Assembly: GCF_004010195.1 (NCBI RefSeq)
Contig: NC_057719.1
Span: forward strand, 14,820,481 to 14,884,480
DNA length: 64,000 bases
Reading direction: 5' to 3'
Source: Chiloscyllium plagiosum
Taxonomy: Eukaryota
The translations under genes and the position numbers were made by a program. Below are positions 11,100 to 23,050 of this stretch, in pieces; position 1 is the stretch's first letter, and every line of letters starts with the position of its first letter. The notes under the pieces were generated by a model. It searched no databases, was not told the DNA's origin, and was given only the letters and a program-made list of their open reading frames with translations.

Positions 11100-13645
11100 G
11101 GTCAAGAGTGTGGTGCTGGAAAAGCACAGCAGATCAGGCAGCATCCAAGGAGCAGAAGAATCAATATTTCATCTGGAATGAGGCTGTGAGCCGAGGAGGT
11201 GCTGAGATAAATGGGAGGGGTGTGGAGCTGGGGTAAGGTAGCTGAGTGTGCAATAGGGAGATGGAGGTGGGGGTGATGGTGATAGGTCAGAGGAGAGAGT
11301 GGAGCGGATAAGTAGAAGGAAGATGAACAGGTAGGACAGGTCAGCAGGGTAGTGCCAAGTTGGAAAGTTGGAACTGGGATAAGATGGGGATAGGGGAAAT
11401 GAGGAAACTAGTGAAATCCACACTGAAGCCCTGAGCCGGAAGTTGAGGATTCTTCCTCCAGGCATCGGGTGGTTGGGGAGTGGCGATGGAGGAGGCTCAG
11501 GACCTGCATGTCCTTGGCAGAGTGGGAGAAGGAGTTGAAGTGTTCGGCCACAGGGCGGTGGGGTTGCTTGTTGGGGGCATTCCGGAGAAGCGAGGGAAGT
11601 GATTGCTGAGCCTTTTGCTGAGATATTTGAATCATTGATTGTCACAGACGAGGTGCCGGACGACTGCAGGTTGGCTAACTTTTTAAGAAGATGGTAAGGA
11701 CAAGCCAGGGAACTATAGACCAGTGAACCTGACACCAGTGGTGGGCCTGCCATTGGAGGGAATCCTGAGGGTTAGGATTTACATGTATTTGGAAAGGCAA
11801 GGACTGATTTGGGATAGTCAACATGGCTTTGTGCGTGGGAAATCATGTCTTATAAACTTGATTGAGTTTTTTGAAGAAGTAACAAAGAGGATTGATGAGG
11901 GCAGAGTGGTAGATGTAATCTATATGGACTTCAGTAAGGTGTTCAACAAGGTTCCCCTTGGGACATTAATTAGCAAGGTTAGATCTCATGGAATACAGGG
12001 TGAACTAGCTATTTTAGATACAGAACTGGCTCAAAGGTAGAAGACAGAGGGTGGTGGTGGAGGATTGTTTTTCACACTGGAGGCCTGTGACCAGTGGAGT
12101 GCCACAAGGATCGTTGCTGGGTCCACTATTTTTCATCATTTATATAAATGATTTGGATGGGAATATAAGAGTTATAGTTAGTAAGTTTGCAGATCACACC
12201 AAAATTGGAGGTGTACTGAAAAGTGAAAAAGGCTACCTCAGATTACAACAGGATCTTGACTAGATGGGCTGAGAAGTAGCAGATGGAGTTTAATTGAAAT
12301 AAATGCGAGGTGCTGCACTTTGGGAAAGCAAATCTTAGCAGGACTTATACACTTAATGGTAAGGTCCGAGGAATTGTTGCTGAGCAAAGAGACCTTGGAG
12401 TGCAGGTTCATAGCTCCTTGAAAGTGGAGTCGCAGGTAGATAGGATAGTGAAGAAGGCGTTTGGTATACTTTTCTTTATTAGTCAGAGTATTGAGTACAG
12501 GAGTTGGGAGGTCATGTTGTGCCTATACAGGATATTGGTTAAGCCACTTTTGAAATATTGCATGCAATTCTGGTCTCCTTCCTATTGGAAGAATGTTGTG
12601 AAACTTGAAAGTGTTCAGAAAAGATTTACAAGGATGTTGCCAGGGTTGGAGGATTTGAGCTATAGGGAGAGGCGGAACAGGCTGGGGCTGGTTTCCCTGG
12701 AGCCTCAGAGGGATGACCTTATACAGGTTTATAAAATCATGAGGGGCATGGTTAGGATAAATAGACAAAGTCTTTTCCCTGGAGTGGGGGAGTCCAGAAC
12801 TGTAGGGCATAGGTTTAGGGTGAGAGGAGAAAGATATAAAAGAGTCCTTACGGGCAACCTTTTCACACAGAGCATGGTACGTGTATGGAATGAGCTGCCA
12901 GAGGAAGTGGTGGAGGCTGGTACAATTTCAACATTTAAAAGGCATTTGGATGGGTATATGAATAGGAAGGATTTGGAGGGATATGGGCCGGGTGCTGGCA
13001 GATGGGACTAGATTGGGTTGGGATATCTGGTCGGCATGGACGAGTTGGACCAAAGGGTCTGTTTTGTGCTGTACATCTCTATGACTCTATGTTCTCTAAA
13101 GCGCTCTGCAAGTAGACGTCCTGTCTCCCCAGTGTAGAGGAGACCGCATCCGGAGCAATGGGTACAGTAAATGATATGTATGGAAGTGCAGATAAAACTC
13201 TGATGGATGTGAAAGGCTCCTTTGGGGCCTTTGGCGGAGGTGAGGGGTCAGTTGTGTGTGCAGGTTTTGCAATTCCTACAGTGGCAGGGGAAGGTGCCGA
13301 GAGAGGAGGGTGGGTTGGTGGGGGGCGTGGACCTGATGAGGTAGTCGCAGAGGGAATGGCCTTTACAGAAAGTGTATAGGGTGGGGAGGGAAAAAAATCT
13401 CTGGTGTTGGAGTCCGTTTGTAGGTGGCAGAAATGGCAGAGGATGATGGGGTGTATAGGAGGTTGGTAGGCTGGAAGGTGAGGACCAGGGGAGTTCTGTC
13501 CTTGTTGTGGTTGGAGGGGTGGGGTTCAAGGGCAGAGGTGCGGGAAGTATATGAGATGCGCTGGAGGACATCATCAACCATGTGGGAGTGGAAATTGTGT
13601 TCTTTAAAGAAGGAAGCCATCTGGTATGTTCTGTGGTGGAATTGT
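11100..13645 (-). mobile_element. Penelope-like element (RT thumb + GIY-YIG + terminus), split by a CR1 insertion
   Basis: Reverse frames: MASFFKEHNF..RTSALEPHPSNHNKDRTPLVLTFQP; CGLLYTGETGRLLAERFRE (about 13090-13150); LRNAPNKQPHRPVAEHFNS (about 11530-11590); P1 terminus at 11100-11180. Confidence 0.88.
11588..13090 (+). mobile_element. 5'-truncated CR1/HER1 LINE (RT with stops and frameshifts)
   Basis: SQHGFVRGKSCLINLIEFFEEVT..MDFSK; GVPQGSLLGPLFFIIYINDLD; KFADHTK; YCMQFWSP; tail ctctatgactctat. Confidence 0.95.
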
Positions 13646-13960
13646 TAATCCAGAGACCCAGGTAATGTTGTGTGGACATGAGCTTGAATCCCATCATGGC
13701 AGATAGCAGAATTTCAATTCAATAGAAATCTGGAATTAAGAGTCTAATGATGACCATGAAACTGTTGTTGATTGTTGGAGAAATCCCATCTGGTTTGTTA
13801 AAGTCCTTTAGGGAGGGAAACTGTCATTCTTATCCATCTGACCTACGTGTTGACTTCTTTCCTACAGCAATGTGGTTGACTCTTAACTGCCCTCTGGGTA
13901 ATTGGGAGCAGGCAATAAATGCTGGTCTTGCCAGTGACGTCCTCATCCCACGAATGGAAG
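13645..13960 (+). mobile_element. tRNA-derived SINE (family B)
   Basis: Head remnant aatccagagacccaggtaatgttg..agcttgaatccc; body gtcctttagggagggaaa..gcaatgtggttgactcttaactgccctctg; tail ggcaataaatgctgg..catcccacgaatg. Confidence 0.8.
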
Positions 13961-15449
13961 AAAAATATCATCAAAATCTTGTCAAGTGTTGAGCAGCAAA
14001 ACAAGAATTCCACATCGCCCTACTACGTTTTTGTCCAACATCAACTGAGAACACCACCCCGAACACAACTTGGGCTTGTCCAGCAACCAATTGTCTTACC
14101 AATCTGATACACAAAACATTCTTCTGTGAAGACAGGGAGAGTCACTTAATCAGCGAGAAAGTAGAAAACCATAAATGGCATGGAGAGCAAACTGACAGAT
14201 ATATTACTCCTGTGAATGCCATTGGAGACATCAGAAACAAAGATGTTTAAAGCTGATACAGTGGCCTTGGTTAGTCCTCATGTGCGAGGTGGGCCATCTC
14301 TGTTGCACTCTCTCGAGACACTCAAATTTGCTTTGCTCTTCCACGAACTGCATAGTCCTTTAAACACTCGCTGGGAGAAAAATGATTCCTTTGAGAATTT
14401 TGCTTTGTTTTTGATTCAACTGTTTGTCCTCCTCTGACCATCCTTCTCTGAGTGTGGCCTGACTAAACCCTCATCAGAGAGTCCAGCCAGCCCCTTGATC
14501 ATTTGGAAACTACGGTGGCGACCGCGAGCTTGAATCCTTTAAGATCAAGAGAGAAAATTCCTGACAGCTAGTGCAAGAAACTATCTCCAAAACTTTGGTG
14601 ATACTTTGCCTGAGTGCAACTGATGCCGCCTCAAGGAATCACGTTGACTGATTTCCGGGACATTGACCTGTTTCAGGCTTAGTTGATATCCCCAGAAAAT
14701 CTGAGCAGTCATGACAAACTGCAATTAGATGTTTTCCCACCTGACAGTGCTGTGTTTCAGCTCAAATTGGATGATAAAGAGCTTAAAATCATCCCCCATG
14801 GTCTTCCTTACAAGTAAACAGGTTTTCCAGAGGGGAGACTGTGTTTAAAATGGTGATGGAAGGAGTACAGGGTGCAGAGAGACACACATCAGGCAGGAAA
14901 TATTTTTCAAGGTAGAGAAGATAAGGATTACATTTACACCTAGTTAATAGCCGGAATATTATTCTTTTTCTTGGAAGTGGAGTTACTGTTTACGGATGGT
15001 GCACAATGAGCACGTTATTATTGTTCGTTGGGGAGTGTGAATAACTGTCCTCAAGTTTTCCCTGTATAAAATAACATGGAAATCACTCACACCCAGTGAA
15101 TAAACATAGTGTGTCACCATCTATTTTAACTGGGATAATGTCAGAGGGCAGCAATCACTTTTGTTGTTGACATAAGTGAGGTGTATTGTTTTACAGTTGC
15201 TTTTTGAGTCACTTTGGCTCCCATGATATGAAGGGAGTATTGATTCCAGACATTGCAGTGTTGGGCTTTATTAATACCAACTCAGTATGCCAATGGCATA
15301 GCTCCATTGTTAGAAGGTACAAAACCAGAGAGCCAAGCGTTCCCCAATAGTGACACAGTGGATTTCAGAAAAAAATCCAGTGGCCTTCAGTACATCTTTA
15401 ATTTGTTCCAGCCAATTACTCTTTGTCATCATGACCATTCATTAAGATT

Positions 15450-16235
15450 ATTTATATAGGAGCAGGCCATTCAGCCCTTCGAACCTGCTCCACCATTCAA
15501 TAAGATCATGGCTGATCTTATTTTAACCTCAACTTAACACTATCCTCGGTGGCCTTTCATCCCCTTGGTAATCAAGAATCTATCTACCTCTGCCCTCAAA
15601 ATATTTAAAGATTCTGTGTCCACCATCTCTCCAGGAAGGGAATTCCAAAATTTCACAAGCCTCTCAGAGAAAATTCTGAGTGTTGTATTTTCAATTCTTT
15701 TTGTATTTAGCAGCTAACAAACTCACTTTTTTTTAACTCAAAAAAGCCTGGATGAATTGGATTCTTTTAACAAGTAAATTTATTTAGTCTGGGAGAACCC
15801 TCTGAGAGAAAAATGTTTCCTCACCTATGCCTTAAATGGGTGCCCCCTTATTTTTAAACCGTGAGCCCTAGTTCTAGAAACTTCCACAAGAAGAAACATC
15901 CAGCCAGTCAAGTCCCCTCAGGATTTTGTATTAATTAAGTCACCCCTGATTCTTCTAAACTCCAGAGGATACAATCCGAGCCTGACTAACCTTTCCTCAT
16001 AAAACAATCCACTGATTCTGGGTCATAGTCTTTGAGTTACTCCTTTAAACTGCCTCCAATGCATTATATCCTTCTATTAGTACAGTAACAGTAATTTACA
16101 CGGTATTCCAATGTTTTGTATAACTGAAGCACAACCTCTCCACTTTTACATTCGATTCCCTTCTCAATACACCCATCATATTCTATTTGGTTTCTAAATT
16201 ACTTGTTGTCCTTAATTCCCTTTTGCAATTCATGA
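15450..16235 (-). mobile_element. Degraded CR1 3' end
   Basis: ggccattcagcccttcgaacctgctccaccattcaataagatcatggctgat tail, matching 16425-16490. Confidence 0.75.
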
Positions 16236-16399
16236 TATTGTCAGATATAAAGATGAAGGCATTGGCTTTTTGTCATGCTGTCTTGTCCCAGAGACATTTT
16301 GTTCTCCAATAACATCAAAATTACTCAGTGACAGGGACACCTCCACTTGGGTCTGTCCAAAGTTCTTTTTGTCCTGTATTAGGATCCAGCTTGCAAATT

Positions 16400-17105
16400 G
16401 AACATAAGAACGTAACGTAAGACCTCGGAGCAGGAGTAGGCCATCTGGCCCATCGAGCCTGCTCCACCGTTCAATAAGATCATGGCTAATCTTTTTGTGT
16501 ACTCAGCTCCACTTACCTGCCCTCTCACCATAACCCTTAATTTCTTTATTGCTCAAAATAAGATCCATCTTAATTTTAAAAACATTTACAGAAGTAGCGT
16601 CAACTATTTCACTGGGCCGGGAATTCCATAGATTTACAAACCTTTGGGTGAAGAAGTTCCTTCTGAATTCAGTCCTAAATCTGCTCCCCCTAAACTTGAG
16701 GCTAGGCCTTCTTGTCCTAGTTTCACCTGCCAGTCGAAACATCCTCTCTACATCTGTCTTATCTATTCCTTTCATATTTTATATGTTTCTATAAGATCTC
16801 CCCACATACTTCTAAATTCCAGTGAATAAAATCCCAGTCTACTCAGTCTCTCCTCATAAGCCAACCCCTTCAACTCCGGAATCAACCTCGTGAAACTCTT
16901 CTGCACACCCCCTCGAGCCAATATATCCTTTCTCATGTAAGGAGACCAAAACTGCACACAGTACTCCAGGTGTGGCCTCACCAGCACTCTGTACAGCTGC
17001 AATATAACCTCCCCACTTTTTAACTCAATCCCTTTAGTAAAGAAGGACAAAATTCCATTTGCCTTCCTCATTAGCTGTTGTAGCTGCAGACCAACCTTCT
17101 GTGAT
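16400..17105 (-). mobile_element. CR1 LINE 3' fragment
   Basis: KANGILSF..LYRVLVRPHLEYCVQFWSPY..GDLIETYKI; RRNFFTQRFVNLWNS..GYGERAGKWS. Confidence 0.92.
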
Positions 17106-17963
17106 CATAAAGTTGGAGTTTAGCTTTCAGGTGGTCTTTTTATCGAAGATTGGGAAGTCCTGTGGTGTGGACTCCCAGTTCTCAGTTGGCTATATCGGAC
17201 TGCATTTGTTCTCTAGGATTTGATTATGTGAACCATGCGACTGACCCCAGGATGCTGAGCTGTGAAAGGCAAAATCTAAATGCCGGGTATGCAGCATTTT
17301 GCAACAACCTCACCACTGGGAAATTTCTACTGCCATCTGTTGCAAATAGTTTGTTTTCAGTTTTTGGGGATAGTTCTGCAGAAGTCCTTTATTGAAGATG
17401 GATGTATAAAATAATAATCTCATGCGGGGAGAAGTTGTAGAAATACGCTACCTTAGAGTAAGGAATTTAGTGATAGTTCCAGCAGTGTTTGGATAAAACA
17501 TGACGGAGTCACTTGAAGCTCAGAATGTTTACATGTAAATCCTTGAAAACGTCATTTCTATTTTCTGACTAGAAGTTGGAGTCAGATTCAACTTAAACTT
17601 ATCGAACAGTTAGAAAAAAAAATGTTGTTTTCTGATATGAGTACTGTATAAGGAACTCTTTTAGATACTGTATTTTGGCTTCTGTAGATGAGTTTGGTTT
17701 TGAGTTAATGGGACGAGATATTACTTTGTGGTTAACATATCGTTATGTTTGTCTAATAGGTAAGTAGTGTTGTTCATTCAATTGTATCTTCATTTATTTT
17801 GCTTAATAACCTTCTGTTTTATTGTTAAAACCTAAACTCCAAAATTGTGTGTCAGTGACAGACCAACTCCTTAACACCAAAACAAAACAAAATATGATCT
17901 TCAAGCCAGGTTTTAATTTGGGTTCTGACTTGCCCAGCAATACCATTAGTTGGGATCAAAACA
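17105..17963 (+). mobile_element. Probable Gypsy LTR remnant
   Basis: aataaccttctgttttattgttaaaa...tctgacttgcccagcaataccattagttgggatcaaaaca, similar to 24815-24960 and to 39560-39700 (reverse). Confidence 0.45.
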
Positions 17964-18199
17964 AAGCAGAGCCCTTTATACAAGCCTTTGTGTTCCGATA
18001 AGTTGAAGAAATTGTCAACTATCCTGAATTGAATATGTAACCCCTCATGTGGAGACTGTTGTAGACGGGTTCTAGGACTGTGATAAAGTGCCGTGTAAAT
18101 GTAGTTTCACTTTGCAATTTGCACAAAAAATTGGGAGACTGTGGTAATTTTCAAGCTTGCTTTTTAATTCATGAGACATGAGCCTTTTATTGCATATAA

Positions 18200-18738
18200 A
18201 ATCATAGAAATGTACAGTACGGAAACAAATCTTTTGGTCCAACTCGGCCATGCCAACTAGATATCCTAAATTAATCTAGTCCCATTTGCCAGCAATTGGC
18301 ACATATCCCTCTGAACCCTTTCTATTCATATACTCATCCAGATGCCTGTTAAATGTTGTAATTGTACCAGCCTCCACCACATCCTCTGACAGCTCATTCC
18401 ATACACGTACCACCCTCTGCGTGAAAATGTTGCCCTTTAGGTTCCTTTAAATTTGTCCTCTCTCACCCTAAACCTATGCCCTCTAGTTCTGGACTCCCTC
18501 ACCACAGGGAGTCTATTTATCCTATTCATGCCCCTCATGATATTATAAACCTCGAAAAGGTCACCCCATAGCTGCAGAGAAAATAGCCACAGCCTGTTCA
18601 GCCTCTCCCTTTAAATCAAACCCTCTAACCCCAGCAACAGCCTTGTAAATCTTTTCTGAACACTTTCAAATTTCATGACATTTTTCCTGTAGCAGGGAGG
18701 CCAGATCTGAATGCAGTGTTCCTAAAGTGGCCTCACAA
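18200..18738 (-). mobile_element. CR1/HER1 3' fragment nested in an older LINE tail (about 18160-19070)
   Basis: Reverse complement of the 12600-13090 sequence (ccagcctccaccac..cagctcattccatacacgtaccacc). Confidence 0.85.
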
Positions 18739-19144
18739 TGAGTTGTCTTTAAGAAGTTGGTGGTGAGCCATGAGCCATGGGGTTTAAGAACACCTGCAGT
18801 GCTGTTCAAAAGGGAGTTACTGGACTTTGATCAACTTACAGTGAAGGAATGGCACTAAACTTTCAACTCAGGACGCTTAGCTTGGAGGGGAACTGTGTGT
18901 GTTGGACAGGAATTGGTGTTCCTCCTTGGCTGCTGACATTTCCATTCTCAGCAAGGTTGGAATGCACTGTCAAAGGAAGCTTGTCAGCAGCTACGGTGCA
19001 CCTTGTACGTGGGACATACTATTAGCACTGGGTGTCAGTGTGGAGGGAGTAAGTGTTTAAGGTGACTTTTAAGGTTAAGTGTGCTGCCTTGACCTGGGTA
19101 AAAAAGTAGTATGTGGAGTCAGAACAAACGGGATGCAGTTAGGT

Positions 19145-19311
19145 GAGGAGCAAATTACTGCAGATGCTGGAATCTCTACAGCAAATAACAGATGTTGCAA
19201 GAGCATTTGCAAGAGTTCTAATGAAGTGTCATGTCGACTTGAAATGTTAGCTTGCTCTCTCGCCATGGATGCTGTCTGGCCTGCTGTGCTCTCCAGCATT
19301 TGTTGTTTTCA
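19145..19311. mobile_element. Degraded fold-back PLE terminus
   Basis: ctgcagatgctggaatc..gacttgaaatgttagc..gatgctgtctggcctgctgtgctctccagc; flanked by atgcagttaggt/atgtagttaggt. Confidence 0.65.
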
Positions 19312-19392
19312 ATGTAGTTAGGTTAACTGTGCACATATGCACACAAAACAACACTTTTCACTGTATCGCAGTACATCTGACAACAATAAATC

Positions 19393-19550
19393 AAAGTTAA
19401 AAATCAACAACACCAGGTTATAGTACAACAGGTTTATTTGGAAGCACTAGCTTTCAGAGCGCTGCTCCTTCATTAGATAGCTGTGGAGCAAGATCATAAT
19501 TTATAGCAAAAGCTTGCAACTGAAATGATATATTGAACAAACCTAGATTG
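19393..19550 (-). mobile_element. PLE terminus (P2) inserted into a (tcaaa)n tail
   Basis: caacaccaggttatagtacaacaggtttattt..cactagctttcagagcgctgctccttcatta matches 38580-38665. Confidence 0.75.
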
Positions 19551-19569
19551 TCAAATCAAATCAAATCAA

Positions 19570-20170
19570 ATGCAAGCTCACAATCCTTGATCAAATTGTA
19601 AATATCCACATGAGAGTACGATATTGTGTTGGTAACAAAGACGGCTTAAGAAAGGGAAGAACTGAGAACTAAATATTCCTTGGTATCAAGTGGTCAGTAA
19701 AGATAGGAAATGAAAGAAAGGAGCAGGGATAGCTTTATTGGTTCTGTGGAATATTACATTGTTGCAGTGAGGGAGAGAGGATGCCCTGAGGGATTGAAGA
19801 GAGGATTAATTTTGTTCAAGTTAAGAGACAATTATAACGACATTACACTATATATTATCTCAACCACCAACCATATAATGGGGCAAATTTGCAGGAAAAT
19901 GACAGAGAGATGCTAAAACCACAGTAGTAATAATGGGAGACTTCAATTATCCTAATGTGGAGTGGGATAATAATAGTGGAAAGGGCAGAGAGGGAAGAGA
20001 GTTTCTGAAGGGGAATTTGGGGCAATTTTCTTCATGAGAATGTTTCTGATCCAAAGAGATTCTGTGGGTCAGCTTGATCAAGTGTCAGTGTGGGCTCATT
20101 TCGAGAACAATGATCATTATATCATAAGATTTCAGCTAACCATAGAAAAAGAGAAGATACAATGGGTTGA
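19570..20170 (+). mobile_element. Ancient CR1 endonuclease fragment (appears to continue at about 21550-21750, 23870-24760, 30100-30570)
   Basis: atgggagacttcaattatcctaatgtggagtgg = MGDFNYPNVEW; later KIDKPPGPD..MEIAEALTIIFQ at about 24330-24425. Confidence 0.65.
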
Positions 20171-20407
20171 ATCTTACATATTTTTAGCTGAGTGCCAGTT
20201 GCATTGAGTTTTTTGGAGGATTTTTCACTCTAAGATCTAGCCAATTCTCTTGCTATATCTTATCAAACTCACACCCTGTCCCTGTGGTGTCCCTACTGTC
20301 TGATTCTAGACCTAGCTTACCATGTGTTGTTCCCCATACAACTCACCACTGCTGGGATATCCTGGAATTGACTGTCAACCATCTATCTCCATTTTCCAAA
20401 CCTCTTT

Positions 20408-21037
20408 ACCTTTATTGGTCAGAGAATTGAGTGTAAGAGTTGGGAGGTCATGTTGCGGCTGTACAGGACATTGCGTCACTGTCGGAATATTGTGTGCAAT
20501 TCTAGTGTCCCTCCTGTCAGAAGGATGTTGTGAAATTTGAAAGGGTTCAGAAAAAATTTACAAGGATGTTGCCAGGGTTGGAGGATGTGAGCTACAGAGA
20601 GAGGCTGAATAGGTTGAGACTGTTTTCCCTGGAGCGTCGGAGGGTGAGGGGTGACCATGTAGAGGTTTATAAAATCATGAGGGGCGTGGATAGAGTAAAT
20701 AGACAAGGCCTTTTCCCTGGGTTGGATGAGTCCAGAATTGGAGACCATAGGTTTAGAGTGAGAGGGGCAAGATTTTAAAGGAACCTAAAGGGCAACTATT
20801 TCACGCAGAGGGTGGTGCATGTATAGAATAAGCTGCCAGAGGAAGTGGTGGAGGCTGGTACAATTACAACATTTAAAAGGCATCTGGATGGGTATATGAT
20901 TAGGAAGGGTTTAGAGGGATATGGACCGAGTGCTGGCAAATGGGACTACATTAAGTTAGGATATCTGATCGGCACGGACGAGTTGAACCAAATGATCTGT
21001 TTCCATGCTATATATCTCTATGACTCTCTGACTCTAT
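20408..21037 (+). mobile_element. CR1/HER1 3' fragment
   Basis: ERVQKKFTRMLPGLEDVSYRERLNRL..VEAGTITTFKRHLDGYM; tail tctatgactct. Confidence 0.92.
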
Positions 21038-21079
21038 AATCGGAAAAACAGTGCAATTCGGAGCTGCCCTGCACAATTG

Positions 21080-21315
21080 CACATGGCAGAGCAAGGAAGA
21101 CAAACTTGGTGCCCCTCTTTCAGGACAGGGACCTGAAGATCCTGATGGATGAGGTAGTGCAAATGTTGTGTTTTTTTCCCAGGACCAGAAGAGAGACCAC
21201 GCTATCTGACCATGCCCACCTAGTCCGAGGTTATTGCTGAGGTCAGTGCAGTCTCAGGCGTCTGGAGGAATGGAAAGCGTTATAGGAAGATCAATGACTA
21301 TCTCTCCACCAGCAT
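21080..21315 (+). mobile_element. Myb/SANT-like relic, probably from a PIF/Harbinger transposon
   Basis: Frameshifted PLFQDRDLKILMDEVVQ ... PT*SEVIAEVSAVSGVWRNGKRYRKINDYL. Confidence 0.55.
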
Positions 21316-21842
21316 TTCACACCATTCTCTCTCTGATATCGTGCGCTTATTTTATCCTTTTAATTGGCAACTCATTGCTGCCTAGTAAGAAACTCACCTC
21401 ACGCTCAGCAATTTCATAAAAGATGCAACAGGTGTCTCCTGACATTGAGAAAGGCCTTACCAGTTTTCTCACATGATTTTGCCACAAACCTTACCACAAC
21501 CCACATCATTCAGAAACCTGTAAGATTCTTCCCAATCAACAGTTAAAAAAAAGACTTAATTGGAGTAGATTTGATTTCAGTAAGTTCAAGATGGATCAGT
21601 CCTGCATAAATTGGAACCAAGTGGACCCAAATATTGGTGAACTCAACTGTAATAAAATATTGAACTGCCTTTAAAGAGAAAATGGTTCAGATTTGATCAG
21701 AGGTAGATTTTCACAACTCAAAAAGGTAGGGCAGCCAAAAATAGAAAAGGTAAAAACAATGACTGCAGATGCTGGAAACCAGATTCTGGATCAGTGGTGC
21801 TGGAAGAGCACAGCAGTTCAGGCAGCATCCGAAAAGCTTCGA

Positions 21843-21878
21843 AATCGACGTTTCAGGCAAAAGCCCTTCATCAGGAAT
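21843..21878 (-). ncRNA. Minimal hammerhead ribozyme motif in the PLE terminus
   Basis: attc-CTGATGA-a-GGGC tttt GCCT-GAAA-CGTC-gatt, on the same strand as the PLE ORF. Confidence 0.75.
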
Positions 21879-21904
21879 AAAGTCAGAGAGCCTGAAGCAT
21901 GGAG

Positions 21905-22540
21905 NNNNNNNNNNNNNNNNNNNNNNNNNNNNNNNNNNNNNNNNNNNNNNNNNNNNNNNNNNNNNNNNNNNNNNNNNNNNNNNNNNNNNNNNNNNNNNNN
22001 NNNNNNNNNNNNNNNNNNNNNNNNNNNNNNNNNNNNNNNNNNNNNNNNNNNNNNNNNNNNNNNNNNNNNNNNNNNNNNNNNNNNNNNNNNNNNNNNNNNN
22101 NNNNNNNNNNNNNNNNNNNNNNNNNNNNNNNNNNNNNNNNNNNNNNNNNNNNNNNNNNNNNNNNNNNNNNNNNNNNNNNNNNNNNNNNNNNNNNNNNNNN
22201 NNNNNNNNNNNNNNNNNNNNNNNNNNNNNNNNNNNNNNNNNNNNNNNNNNNNNNNNNNNNNNNNNNNNNNNNNNNNNNNNNNNNNNNNNNNNNNNNNNNN
22301 NNNNNNNNNNNNNNNNNNNNNNNNNNNNNNNNNNNNNNNNNNNNNNNNNNNNNNNNNNNNNNNNNNNNNNNNNNNNNNNNNNNNNNNNNNNNNNNNNNNN
22401 NNNNNNNNNNNNNNNNNNNNNNNNNNNNNNNNNNNNNNNNNNNNNNNNNNNNNNNNNNNNNNNNNNNNNNNNNNNNNNNNNNNNNNNNNNNNNNNNNNNN
22501 NNNNNNNNNNNNNNNNNNNNNNNNNNNNNNNNNNNNNNNN
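21905..22540. other. Assembly gap
   Basis: N run. Confidence 1.
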
Positions 22541-23050
22541 GTCCTTGTTGCGGTTGGGGGGGTTGGGTCTGGGGGCGGAGGTGCGGGATGTGGATGGGAT
22601 GCGTTGGAGGGCATCTTTAACCACGTGGGAAGGGAAATTGCGGTCTCTGAAGAAGGAGGCCATCTGGTGTGTTCTATGGTGGAACTGCTCCTCCTGGGTG
22701 CAGATACGGCAGAGGTGGAGGAATTGGGAATATGGGATGGCATTTTTGCAAGAGGTAGGGTGGGAAGAGGTGTAATCCAGGTAGCTGTGGGAGTCGGTGG
22801 GTTTGTAAAAAATGTTGGTGTCATCCATGAAGGGGAGGGAGGTATCAGAGATGGTCCAGGTAAATTTAAGGTCAGGGTGGAATGTGTTGGTGAAGTTGAT
22901 GAATTGCTCAACCTCCTCGCGGGAGCACGAGGTGGTGCCAATGCAGTCATCAATGTAGCTGAGGAAGAGTTGGGGAGTGGTGCCAGTGTAATTACGGAAG
23001 ATGGACTGTTCTACGTAGCCAACAAAGAGACAGGCATAGCTGAGTTCACG

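Larger units (their letters stand above)
21750..23042 (-). mobile_element. Penelope-like element, RT core/thumb and terminus (spans a gap)
   Basis: YACLFVGYVEQ..LFLSYIDDCIG; FYKPTDSHSYLDYTSSHPTSCKNAIPYSQFLHLCRIC. Confidence 0.92.

Noticed and set aside
14761..14813. Exon LKLDDKELKIIPHGLPY
   Set aside because: Weak donor (aa|gtaaac), no recognisable homology.
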